The translations under genes were made by a program, and so were the position numbers. The notes under the pieces are model-generated. The model had not been told where the DNA came from and ran no database searches. It saw only the letters and a program-made list of their open reading frames with translations. 43,966 nt of DNA from an uncultured Bacteroidales bacterium (GTDB taxonomy: Bacteria; Bacteroidota; Bacteroidia; Bacteroidales; UBA4417): NCBI GenBank assembly GCA_937965665.1, contig CALCJE010000148.1:1-43966 (forward strand), read 5' to 3'. Below are positions 17,791 to 25,765 of this stretch, piece after piece. Within the stretch, counting starts at the first letter, position 1. The number at the start of each line of letters is the position of its first letter.

Positions 17791-17857
17791 CAAAGATATA
17801 AATGATTGTATACGTGAGAATTAGAAAGTGATTAGAATTAAATTAGATTCTCATTAG
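17791..17857 (-). promoter_or_regulatory. Promoter module copy 1: -7 box plus four 11-bp-phased ATTAGAA repeats, facing the TPR/ABC operon
   Basis: Plus strand CAAAGATA (17791-17798) is minus TATCTTTG. The repeats ATTAGAA / ATTAGAA / ATTAGAT / ATTAG start at 17820, 17831, 17842 and 17853. Confidence 0.6.
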
Positions 17858-17936
17858 TGGCTGGTTTTTGATAGAGGTATTCTGTTTTAACTTTAAAATT
17901 TAGAAATACTACTCTGGCTCTTTCATTCCAATTTCG

Positions 17937-18050
17937 CTAATCTATAATTAGTGCAATCACTCTTATAATAATTGATGCTATCATAGCTACTGCAGTAAAC
18001 ATGAATAAAAAAATCATTAGTTCATTTAACAATTTTCGGATTTTCATCAT
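17937..18050 (-). CDS. Small single-TM peptide, 37 aa (MMKIRKLLNELMIFLFMFTAVAMIASIIIRVIALIID)
   Basis: My own translation; too short for the ORF track. Charged N-terminus followed by a ~25-aa hydrophobic helix. Third of three similar tandem ORFs. Confidence 0.4.
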   Translation of the reverse strand: MMKIRKLLNELMIFLFMFTAVAMIASIIIRVIALIID

Positions 18051-18189
18051 AGCAAGAATTTTTTCCTTTCTTCTACTTGATTTCCTTTGGTTAAGTCAGC
18101 TTAAATTGATTATCCATTATTTTAATAATTAATCAGTTCTATGTTGGTTATAATAACAGAAAGAATTTTCTTCATGATTTCGCCCAGCC

Positions 18190-18291
18190 TTAATACTTCA
18201 GAATGAAAATCCGAACAAGCAAAAATATAATGATCATCACAGCAAACATGAGATGGACTATTGTGCTGACCTTCATCCTTGGCTCAATCAT
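18190..18291 (-). CDS. Small single-TM peptide, 33 aa (MIEPRMKVSTIVHLMFAVMIIIFLLVRIFILKY)
   Basis: My own translation, same architecture. An alternative start is the internal Met at 18276. Confidence 0.4.
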   Translation of the reverse strand: MIEPRMKVSTIVHLMFAVMIIIFLLVRIFILKY

Positions 18292-18304
18292 GCTTTAATC
18301 AATT

Positions 18305-18400
18305 TTAGAAAAATATCACTTTTACTAGAATAAGAACGACAAATATTCCTACCCAGAATAACCCGATTAATGCTTCATTCGATATTTTTATCTTTTTCAT
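18305..18400 (-). CDS. Small single-TM peptide, 31 aa (MKKIKISNEALIGLFWVGIFVVLILVKVIFF)
   Basis: My own translation. First ORF downstream of promoter module copy 2. Confidence 0.4.
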   Translation of the reverse strand: MKKIKISNEALIGLFWVGIFVVLILVKVIFF

Positions 18401-18424
18401 AAAATTAAGTATTTAGTACTCACG

Positions 18425-18494
18425 CAAAGTTAAGTATGAATCTTCCGCTTCAATATTAGAAAGTAATTAGAATCTGGTTAGAACCTTATTAATA
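18425..18494 (-). promoter_or_regulatory. Promoter module copy 2: -7 box plus four 11-bp-phased repeats, between the micropeptide ORFs and the divergent two-component system
   Basis: Plus strand CAAAGTTA (18425-18432) is minus TAACTTTG. The repeats ATTAGAA / ATTAGAA / gTTAGAA / ATTAATA start at 18455, 18466, 18477 and 18488. Confidence 0.6.
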
Positions 18495-18527
18495 CATAAA
18501 TTCTCTTATTTCTTATGTTAACTTTGC

Positions 18528-18535
18528 TTTAAATA
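18528..18535 (+). promoter_or_regulatory. Candidate -7 box (TAACTTTG) for the response-regulator/kinase operon
   Basis: Perfect TAnnTTTG match 11 nt upstream of ATG 18546, which implies a near-leaderless mRNA. Confidence 0.5.
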
Positions 18536-18545
18536 GGATTAAGAA

Positions 18546-19235
18546 ATGGAAACCATACACATATTAATTGTAGAGGATGAACAAAGGCTGTCCGAAGTTT
18601 TAAAAAAGCAATTTGAAGAGCATGGATTCTCTGTCGATATAGCCTCCGATGGATATATCGGGAAACAATTGGTGGAAACCAAATCCTATAATCTTATTGT
18701 TTTGGATATAAACCTGCCATTAATTAACGGTTACGACTTATGTAAGGAGATTCGTAAAACGAATAACGAAATCCCCATTATCATGCTAACAGCACTCGGA
18801 ACCGCTGATAACAAAGTACTCGGTTTCGAAGCCGGAGCAGATGACTATGTATTAAAACCTTTCGATTTCAGGGAATTGCTTGCTCGTGTTAATGTTTTTC
18901 TAAGGCGCACGGATACAATTAGCAAAAACAATATGATTACAATTGCTGATCTTGAAATGGATTTGAAAACAAAGGCTGTCAACAGGGCGAATACTAAAAT
19001 TGATTTAACAGCAAAAGAAAGTTTATTATTAGAAACATTTTTGAAAAATATAAATAAGTTACTTACCCGCGAATTTATTATCGAGCAGGTCTGGGGTATT
19101 GATTTTGATCCCGGAACAAATATTATCGATGTATATGTAAATTACCTTAGAAAGAAAATCGATAAAGGGTATGAGCCCAAATTGATACACACAAAGTTCG
19201 GATTTGGTTTTTATTGCAGTGATAAGGAGATGTAA
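18546..19235 (+). CDS. OmpR/PhoB-family response regulator
   Basis: Receiver domain (ILIVEDE..., LIVLDINLP with the phospho-acceptor Asp, KPF) plus a C-terminal winged-helix segment (LTAKESLLLETF..., IDVYVNYLRKKI). Confidence 0.9.
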   Translation: METIHILIVEDEQRLSEVLKKQFEEHGFSVDIASDGYIGKQLVETKSYNLIVLDINLPLINGYDLCKEIRKTNNEIPIIMLTALGTADNKVLGFEAGADDYVLKPFDFRELLARVNVFLRRTDTISKNNMITIADLEMDLKTKAVNRANTKIDLTAKESLLLETFLKNINKLLTREFIIEQVWGIDFDPGTNIIDVYVNYLRKKIDKGYEPKLIHTKFGFGFYCSDKEM

Positions 19236-19238
19236 AAC

Positions 19239-20594
19239 ATGTATATTAAAACAAAATTATCAATCGAATTTACCTTAGTTGTTTTAGGGATACTTCTTTT
19301 TTTCTCTGCAACTGTGTACTATTTTTCTTATACAACTCAGCATAAGAAGTTTGCTGACAGTCTCACCAAGAGAGCTAAAAATACAGCTATACTGTTGATA
19401 AACCTCCCTGAAGTCGATTCGGTTTTATTAAAAAAAATTCAGCAATCAACTTTTAACTGGCCAAAGGAGGAAATAGTTGTTACTGATTCTGAATTAAATA
19501 TCCTTTATCGGAATAATACCGAATACCTGACTCGTGATGTAATTAATCAAAATTCTGTCAAAGGTGATAACTACCAGTTTTCAATTTCCTATAAAGATGG
19601 AATATGCTATAAGCATGTTTTTAAAAATCAAACTTATACGGTTATGGTCATGGCCTTCGACAAAAACCGGAAAGAGAATTTGTCTGAACTCCGGGAAATT
19701 CTCCTATGGAGTATTCTTTTTAGCCTATGGCTGTCCGTTTTCTTATCCTATTTGTTTGCTAAAAAAGCAATTCGACCCATATCTCAAATAATTAAAAGTG
19801 TAAAGGACATAAACTCATCGCGTTTGAACAACCGTCTCGACGAAGGCAACAAGAAGGATGAAATTGCGCAATTAGCCTTCACATTTAATCAAATGCTTTC
19901 AAATCTTGAAATCTCCTTTAGAAACCAGAAAGATTTTGTTGCAAATGCCTCACACGAATTGCGGACACCTCTTTCGGTTATGATTGTTGAATCCGACTAC
20001 ATTTTGAGTAAGGAATATAGCCCTGTAGATTACAAAAAGCACATCGCAAAGATGGTTAGCGACCTCAAAAAACTGAATGCGCAGCTAACCAGCTTGTTGG
20101 AATTAGCCCAGATTAACCAGGATAAATCCATTCAGCTTTCTACCATCCGGATTGATGAAATCGTTTTTAATGCCATCCATCAGGTCAAGGAAAAATACAC
20201 GGATCGGAAAATAATTCCTGTTATTCAATACCCTGAGAATGAAAACGAACTTCTCGTCCAGGGAAATGCCGGAATGCTTGAAATTGCTTTCCAAAACCTT
20301 CTTGACAATGCTTGTAAATTCTCCAGTGATGATGTGGTAATTGAATTTCAGGTAAAGCCGCACATAGTTGAGATCGTTATTTCTGATAAGGGCATTGGTA
20401 TTCCATCAGATGAAATTGAGAGCATTTACAAGCCCTTCAACCGTGCCTCCAATGTTCGCTATAAAAGTGGCTTTGGTATTGGTCTCGCCCTGGTAGCAAA
20501 AATATTTGAACTTCATGATGTTGATTTTAAGGTGCATAGTACTGAGAATAAGGGTACACAATTTGAATTGAACTTTATAATTTCTCATTCATAA
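19239..20594 (+). CDS. Sensor histidine kinase (two TM, HAMP, HisKA, HATPase_c)
   Basis: H-box SHELRTPLS, N-box LLDNACKFS, G-boxes DKGIGIP and GFGIGLALV. Starts 3 nt after the regulator gene. Confidence 0.9.
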   Translation: MYIKTKLSIEFTLVVLGILLFFSATVYYFSYTTQHKKFADSLTKRAKNTAILLINLPEVDSVLLKKIQQSTFNWPKEEIVVTDSELNILYRNNTEYLTRDVINQNSVKGDNYQFSISYKDGICYKHVFKNQTYTVMVMAFDKNRKENLSELREILLWSILFSLWLSVFLSYLFAKKAIRPISQIIKSVKDINSSRLNNRLDEGNKKDEIAQLAFTFNQMLSNLEISFRNQKDFVANASHELRTPLSVMIVESDYILSKEYSPVDYKKHIAKMVSDLKKLNAQLTSLLELAQINQDKSIQLSTIRIDEIVFNAIHQVKEKYTDRKIIPVIQYPENENELLVQGNAGMLEIAFQNLLDNACKFSSDDVVIEFQVKPHIVEIVISDKGIGIPSDEIESIYKPFNRASNVRYKSGFGIGLALVAKIFELHDVDFKVHSTENKGTQFELNFIISHS

Positions 20595-20611
20595 AATGTT
20601 GTTTTAAAAAG

Positions 20612-20691
20612 TAAAATAGTAAAATTAAATTCTGCCTGCATCTACTTAACAATACTTTTCCAACTTATATCTAAAATAGTAAAATCTAATT
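20612..20691 (+). repeat. Two copies of a ~20-nt direct repeat (TAAAATAGTAAAAT core) exactly 60 bp apart, immediately upstream of the opine-dehydrogenase-family gene
   Basis: 20612-20631 reads TAAAATAGTAAAATTAAATT and 20672-20691 reads TAAAATAGTAAAATCTAATT. The second copy ends 3 nt before ATG 20695. Confidence 0.6.
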
Positions 20692-20694
20692 GTC

Positions 20695-21816
20695 ATGAAA
20701 ACTAAATTTGAACCACTCGATAAACCGGTCATAGCTGTACTTGGCGCTGGCCATGGTGGCATGGCTATGGCTGGGCATTTGGCACTTATGGGCTTTGATG
20801 TAAACCTTTTTAACCGGGGCGACGAACGCTTGTGGGGTGTCAGATCGTCTGGAGGTATTGAGTTGACAGGTGAAGTTGCTGGATTCGGTCCCATAAAAAT
20901 GGCTACAACCTCAATGGAAGAAGCACTCTCAAATGCCAATCTGATCATGGTAGTTGTTCCGGCTCTAGCTCACCAGTGGATCGCCGAACAAGCGGCACCT
21001 TTCCTGCGCGATGGGCAGATGATCGTTCTTCATCCTGGAAGGACTTTAGGTGCTTTGGAATTTAAACAGGTCCTTGATTCATTGAAGGTTGAAGCCGATG
21101 TAATTATTTCTGAGGCTCAGACTTTTATTTATGCATCTAGAGCAATTGGTCCTGCACAGGTGAAAATTTTCAGCATAAAAAATTCTATTCCGGTAGCATC
21201 TATCAGGGCTCATCTTATTCCTGTGGTGATAAAACAATTGCGTAAATGCTTCCCTCAGTTTGTTCCAGGTGATAACGTTTTCAAGACTAGCTTCGATAAT
21301 ATTGGCAGTATCTTTCATCCTGCACTGTGTATTCTTAATTCAGGCTGGATCGAAGATGACGCAGATTTTCAATTTTATCACGATGGAGCTACCCAGTCTG
21401 TGGCCCAGGTACTCGAAAGTGTGGATTCTGAACGTATAGCTGTGGCTGAAGCTCTGGGTATAAGGGCACTCTCTGCGCGGGAATGGTTTTATATGGCTTA
21501 TAGTACAGCCGGTTCATCTTTATTTGAAGCTATGCGAAAAAACCCGGGTTACCGCGGTATTATGGCACCTCATACACTTAAAATGAGATACATCGAAGAG
21601 GATGTTCCTTTTAGTCTGGTTCCTATTGCCTCGGTCGGTACTAAATTTGGCATCCCTACCCCGACAATTGATTCGCTGATACAGCTTGCTTCAATATTAA
21701 ACAACAAAGAATATAGGGCTAACGGAAGAACTTTGGAAAGGCTTGGAATTGCAGATATGAGTTTACGCGATTTACGCTTGCTCGCAATTGGTGAAAAGAG
21801 TCACTCTTTAGATTAA
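20695..21816 (+). CDS. NAD(P)-dependent opine (octopine/nopaline) dehydrogenase-family oxidoreductase
   Basis: N-terminal Rossmann motif IAVLGAGHGGMAMAGHLA. Size and C-terminal helical domain are consistent with the octopine-DH family. Confidence 0.65.
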   Translation: MKTKFEPLDKPVIAVLGAGHGGMAMAGHLALMGFDVNLFNRGDERLWGVRSSGGIELTGEVAGFGPIKMATTSMEEALSNANLIMVVVPALAHQWIAEQAAPFLRDGQMIVLHPGRTLGALEFKQVLDSLKVEADVIISEAQTFIYASRAIGPAQVKIFSIKNSIPVASIRAHLIPVVIKQLRKCFPQFVPGDNVFKTSFDNIGSIFHPALCILNSGWIEDDADFQFYHDGATQSVAQVLESVDSERIAVAEALGIRALSAREWFYMAYSTAGSSLFEAMRKNPGYRGIMAPHTLKMRYIEEDVPFSLVPIASVGTKFGIPTPTIDSLIQLASILNNKEYRANGRTLERLGIADMSLRDLRLLAIGEKSHSLD

Positions 21817-21827
21817 ATAGTACAATT

Positions 21828-23450
21828 ATGAAAACAATAATAGGTGCGGCAATTGGTAATTGTGTTCATGTAGGTGGTTTGCACCACTTCCTGAAACTGG
21901 CTGAGGCTGAAGGTTATCAAACAAAATCAATGGGACCGGCAGTTTCAGTAAAACGTATTATTGACGTTGTCAAGGAAGAAAAACCATATATTCTCGCTCT
22001 CAGCTTCCGTCTCACACCTGATGTAGCTGAAAATCTTTTTCAGGAGATAGCACATGCAATAAATGAATTGGGGGAAATACAAACCAGGTTTATTTTTGGA
22101 GGCCCGCCTCCGGTAGCTAATCTGGCTAAAATATCAGGATTCTTCGAAAAAGTATTCGATGGTTCAGAACCTGTCGAAACGATTAAAGCGTATTTACGTG
22201 GATCTTCTGGTATTTCGGAAAAGGCTGTATTTGCTGATAATCTTATTGGAAGGATTAACCAGAAATACCCATATCCCATTCTGCGTCATCATTTCGGCAG
22301 ACCATCATTAGCTGATACTTTAGAAGGAATAAAGCAGATAGCCCTGGCTGAAGTACTCGATGTTATTTCCATCGGCCCTGATCAAAATGCACAGGAGAAC
22401 TTTTTCCGTCCTGCCGAAATAATATCAACCCAGCAGGGAGCTGGTGGAGTGCCTGTCCGTACACATCAGGACATGGCTGCTTTATACCAAAGTTCACGCT
22501 GCGGTAATTACCCTTTGATGCGCTGTTATGCCGGAACACGCGATTTGATGAAATGGGCTGAGATGAGTGTAGAAACCATACACAACGCCTGGGCGGCAAT
22601 TCCTTTGTGCTGGTATAGTGTAATCGACGGAAGATCAAATCGCTCACTGGTTGAAGCCATATCCGAAAACCAATCGGTAATGCGGTGGTATGCTGAACGA
22701 AACATACCAGTAGAAGTAAATGAAGCTCATCAATGGAGTTTGCGCGATGCACACGACTCCTTAGCGGTAACAATGGCTTACCTGGCCGCTTACAACGCAA
22801 AAAAAGCAGGTGTCCGCAATTATGTATCCCAGTTCATGTTTAATACTCCGCCCGAAACATGGCCGAATATGGATATTGCTAAAATGATGGCAAAACTGGA
22901 AATGATTCAGCAACTAGAGGATGAAACATTTACTGTTTATAGAGAAGTTAGGGCTGGAATTGCTCACTTTTCGTCTGATCCTTCAATTGCAAAAGGACAA
23001 CTGGCCGCGTCCGCACTTATCAGCCTGGCATTGAAACCGCACATACTACATGTAGTTGGTTTTAGTGAAGGCGACCATGCAACCAGGCACGAAGAACTTA
23101 TTGAAAGTTGTAAAATAGTACATGGCGTTATACAAAATGGACTCAAAGGCTTACCTGATTTCATGGCTGATCAGGTTATTTTAGCCAGAAAGGAACAGCT
23201 TATATTAGAAGCAAAAGTGATTCTGGATGCAATTACATTTATTGGTTCCGAAGTTCAGGACCCGCATTCCGATCCGACAACAATAGCAGCGGCAATTGAG
23301 CTTGGTATATTGGATGCACCTCACTTCCGTGGTAATCCATTTCTTAAAGGTGATATTCTTACCCGGAATATTAATGGTGCATGGTATGCAATTGACCCGA
23401 TAACGGGAGATCCGGTTGACGAAAAAACCCGTCTTTCGGAAATTATCTAA
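21828..23450 (+). CDS. Fusion protein: N-terminal B12-binding-like (flavodoxin-fold) domain plus a large C-terminal barrel-like domain, possibly distantly related to mutase E subunits
   Basis: GNCVHVGG (21858-21878) resembles the cobalamin DxHxxG loop but has Cys in place of Asp. The C-terminal ~400 aa shows only loose resemblance to the glutamate-mutase E chain, judged by eye. Confidence 0.45.
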   Translation: MKTIIGAAIGNCVHVGGLHHFLKLAEAEGYQTKSMGPAVSVKRIIDVVKEEKPYILALSFRLTPDVAENLFQEIAHAINELGEIQTRFIFGGPPPVANLAKISGFFEKVFDGSEPVETIKAYLRGSSGISEKAVFADNLIGRINQKYPYPILRHHFGRPSLADTLEGIKQIALAEVLDVISIGPDQNAQENFFRPAEIISTQQGAGGVPVRTHQDMAALYQSSRCGNYPLMRCYAGTRDLMKWAEMSVETIHNAWAAIPLCWYSVIDGRSNRSLVEAISENQSVMRWYAERNIPVEVNEAHQWSLRDAHDSLAVTMAYLAAYNAKKAGVRNYVSQFMFNTPPETWPNMDIAKMMAKLEMIQQLEDETFTVYREVRAGIAHFSSDPSIAKGQLAASALISLALKPHILHVVGFSEGDHATRHEELIESCKIVHGVIQNGLKGLPDFMADQVILARKEQLILEAKVILDAITFIGSEVQDPHSDPTTIAAAIELGILDAPHFRGNPFLKGDILTRNINGAWYAIDPITGDPVDEKTRLSEII

Positions 23451-23481
23451 TTTGAAACATAACAAAATAAAATAAATATCA

Positions 23482-24828
23482 ATGGCTGGAATAGCAGGAA
23501 TCTTACAATCAGGAGAAATAAATCAGGTAGAGCAAATGCTTGAATCCATTTCACATCGTGGTGAATATGGCAAAGAAATAGTAGAAATGGAAAATGCTAC
23601 TATTGGTATAATTTGGTCGCAACATGAGGATGAGAGTATAAAAGCCCAAACCAGGGATCGTATTTTTAGTGACGGTCCGGGTCATGGCCACAAGGTTGAA
23701 GTAGCCCGCAAAAATCATCATTGGGAAATATCCCGTGACGAACTTGGGGTCGCTCCTCTATATACAGCTTTTAACAAGGATGGTATGGTCATATTTGCTT
23801 CGGAGGTAAAAGCATTGCTCCCGTTCTCCGATAATATTACCGAAATGCCTCCTGGTCATATCCTTACGGCTGCAGGTTTTAAGCAGAATTTTAAATTAGG
23901 ACATAGACCCCATTTACTCGCGGAAAACGCTGACACAATTGCCATGGAATTGCGCTCCGTTCTTAGTTCTGCTGTAAAGAAATGTATTAAATCAGATACC
24001 ATTGGCTCCTGGCTCTCAGGTGGCCTTGATTCAAGTACTATTGCTGCCTTGGCTCGTCCCTATGTGGATACCCTGCATACTTTTGCCGGAGGCTTAAAAG
24101 ATGCGCCGGATCTGAAGTTTGCTAAACAAGTCGCAGATCATATAGGTTCCAATCACCACGAAGTAATTATCACACTTGAGAGTATGGTAAATATTCTGCC
24201 CGATGTTATCTATCAACTCGAATCGTTTGATGCCTTGCTGGTAAGATCAAGCATCATTAACCTTTCAGTTGCATACGCTGCTTCGGAATATGTTTCTGAA
24301 GTATTTTCGGGTGAAGGTGGTGATGAGCTCTTTGCCGGGTATGAATACCTCAAATCATTACCTGTATCAAAGCTTGATGCTGAATTAATTGACATTACAG
24401 GTCGTTTACATAATACAGCGTTACAGCGAGTTGACCGCTCTGCTTCAGCCTTTGGTACCACTGCTCATGTTATTTTCACCGATCCTGAAGTCTTCGAATA
24501 TGCATTGAGGATACCCATCGGGTTGAAGTTGAAAGATGGAGTCGAAAAATGGATATTGCGTAAAGCGATGACTGGCTTGCTGCCCGAAAGCATATTAACC
24601 CGCACAAAATCCAAATTCTGGGAAGGCGCAGGTGTTGGAACTCTGATTTCCGAATATGCTTCAGGTAAAGTATCCGACTCAGATTTCAAAGTAGAAAGAA
24701 ACCTGAAGAATGGCTGGATTCTTAATTCAAAAGAAGAATTGCTCTATTACCGGATTTTCAAGGATCAATTTGGTGAGCCTGGAAATTTATCCTGGATGGG
24801 TAGATCAAAGGGAACTACAAACTCTTAA
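23482..24828 (+). CDS. Asparagine-synthetase (AsnB)-family ATP-dependent amidoligase lacking the N-terminal catalytic Cys
   Basis: PP-loop SGGLDSS (24016-24036). The N-terminus reads MAGIAGI where glutamine-hydrolysing AsnB enzymes have MCGI. Confidence 0.8.
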   Translation: MAGIAGILQSGEINQVEQMLESISHRGEYGKEIVEMENATIGIIWSQHEDESIKAQTRDRIFSDGPGHGHKVEVARKNHHWEISRDELGVAPLYTAFNKDGMVIFASEVKALLPFSDNITEMPPGHILTAAGFKQNFKLGHRPHLLAENADTIAMELRSVLSSAVKKCIKSDTIGSWLSGGLDSSTIAALARPYVDTLHTFAGGLKDAPDLKFAKQVADHIGSNHHEVIITLESMVNILPDVIYQLESFDALLVRSSIINLSVAYAASEYVSEVFSGEGGDELFAGYEYLKSLPVSKLDAELIDITGRLHNTALQRVDRSASAFGTTAHVIFTDPEVFEYALRIPIGLKLKDGVEKWILRKAMTGLLPESILTRTKSKFWEGAGVGTLISEYASGKVSDSDFKVERNLKNGWILNSKEELLYYRIFKDQFGEPGNLSWMGRSKGTTNS

Positions 24829-24830
24829 TC

Positions 24831-25424
24831 ATGGAAACAATCCCTCAGCTCCTGCACAATTTCCTGGTTCTGTTTGCCATGGTAAATGCGGTCGGCAACC
24901 TTCCTATTTTTGCCGATCTAACAGGTACTCTGAATAAACATGAACGCAAACGCACTTTTCTCACCGCGGTTGCTGTAGGTGGAGGTATTGTACTTGTTTT
25001 TGCACTTTTCGGGGATATTATGTTACGGAATGTTTTCGATATCAGTACATCTGCATTTAAGATTGCCGGAGGGATACTTGTTTTCGCTGTTGCCGCAAAA
25101 GGTGTATTATCCGGGCCTTCAAACAATCACATTCAAAGCCCCTCAACCAATAATATAGCTATATTTCCAATTGGGTTTCCATATCTGGCCGGACCGGGTA
25201 CGATTCTTACCACCATCCTCCTGATCCAGATTGACGGCCGGTTGATAACAGCACTAACAGTGATCCTGGTCTATCTAACAATCCTTCCTATCCTTTACCT
25301 TGCTCCTTTGGTGGAGAAAGCAATCGGGAAAGTCGGCGTAATGGTTGTCGCTCGTATACTCTATATCTTTATCTGTGCAAAAGGAGTAAGTTTTGTTCTC
25401 AGCGGTCTGCATGTTGATCTTTAA
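24831..25424 (+). CDS. marC: MarC-family (UPF0056) integral membrane protein
   Basis: The N-terminal FAMVNAVGNLPIF motif, about six TM segments and ~197 aa fit the family. The gene starts 3 nt after the AsnB-like gene. Confidence 0.7.
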   Translation: METIPQLLHNFLVLFAMVNAVGNLPIFADLTGTLNKHERKRTFLTAVAVGGGIVLVFALFGDIMLRNVFDISTSAFKIAGGILVFAVAAKGVLSGPSNNHIQSPSTNNIAIFPIGFPYLAGPGTILTTILLIQIDGRLITALTVILVYLTILPILYLAPLVEKAIGKVGVMVVARILYIFICAKGVSFVLSGLHVDL

Positions 25425-25534
25425 TATAATTAATTACCCTTCACTCATCTTTTTATCTTTACGAAAAAAATAAACCCCGGAATCTCAAAAATAAATGCTT
25501 AACACAAAGAACAACTTGATAAAATAATCTAATA

Positions 25535-25726
25535 ATGAAAAACGATTCGAAAGAGAAAAGGCATGATTTAAGCCGCCATAATCACAAATTATTAACTGGG
25601 GTAACATCGGATAAATATGCTATTTTACTCGACGATGGAAAAACGATTGTCTTTATTTCCGATAAAAGCAAGGAGGCCGAAACGCGTTTAAAATACAAAC
25701 ATTTAGGATTTTTCAAAAGAGTCTAG
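25535..25726 (+). CDS. Small basic hypothetical protein (63 aa)
   Basis: ORF only, with plausible composition. Confidence 0.35.
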   Translation: MKNDSKEKRHDLSRHNHKLLTGVTSDKYAILLDDGKTIVFISDKSKEAETRLKYKHLGFFKRV

Positions 25727-25765
25727 CCCAGGATACAAAACCAAGATATCTAATTACTAGCCATC

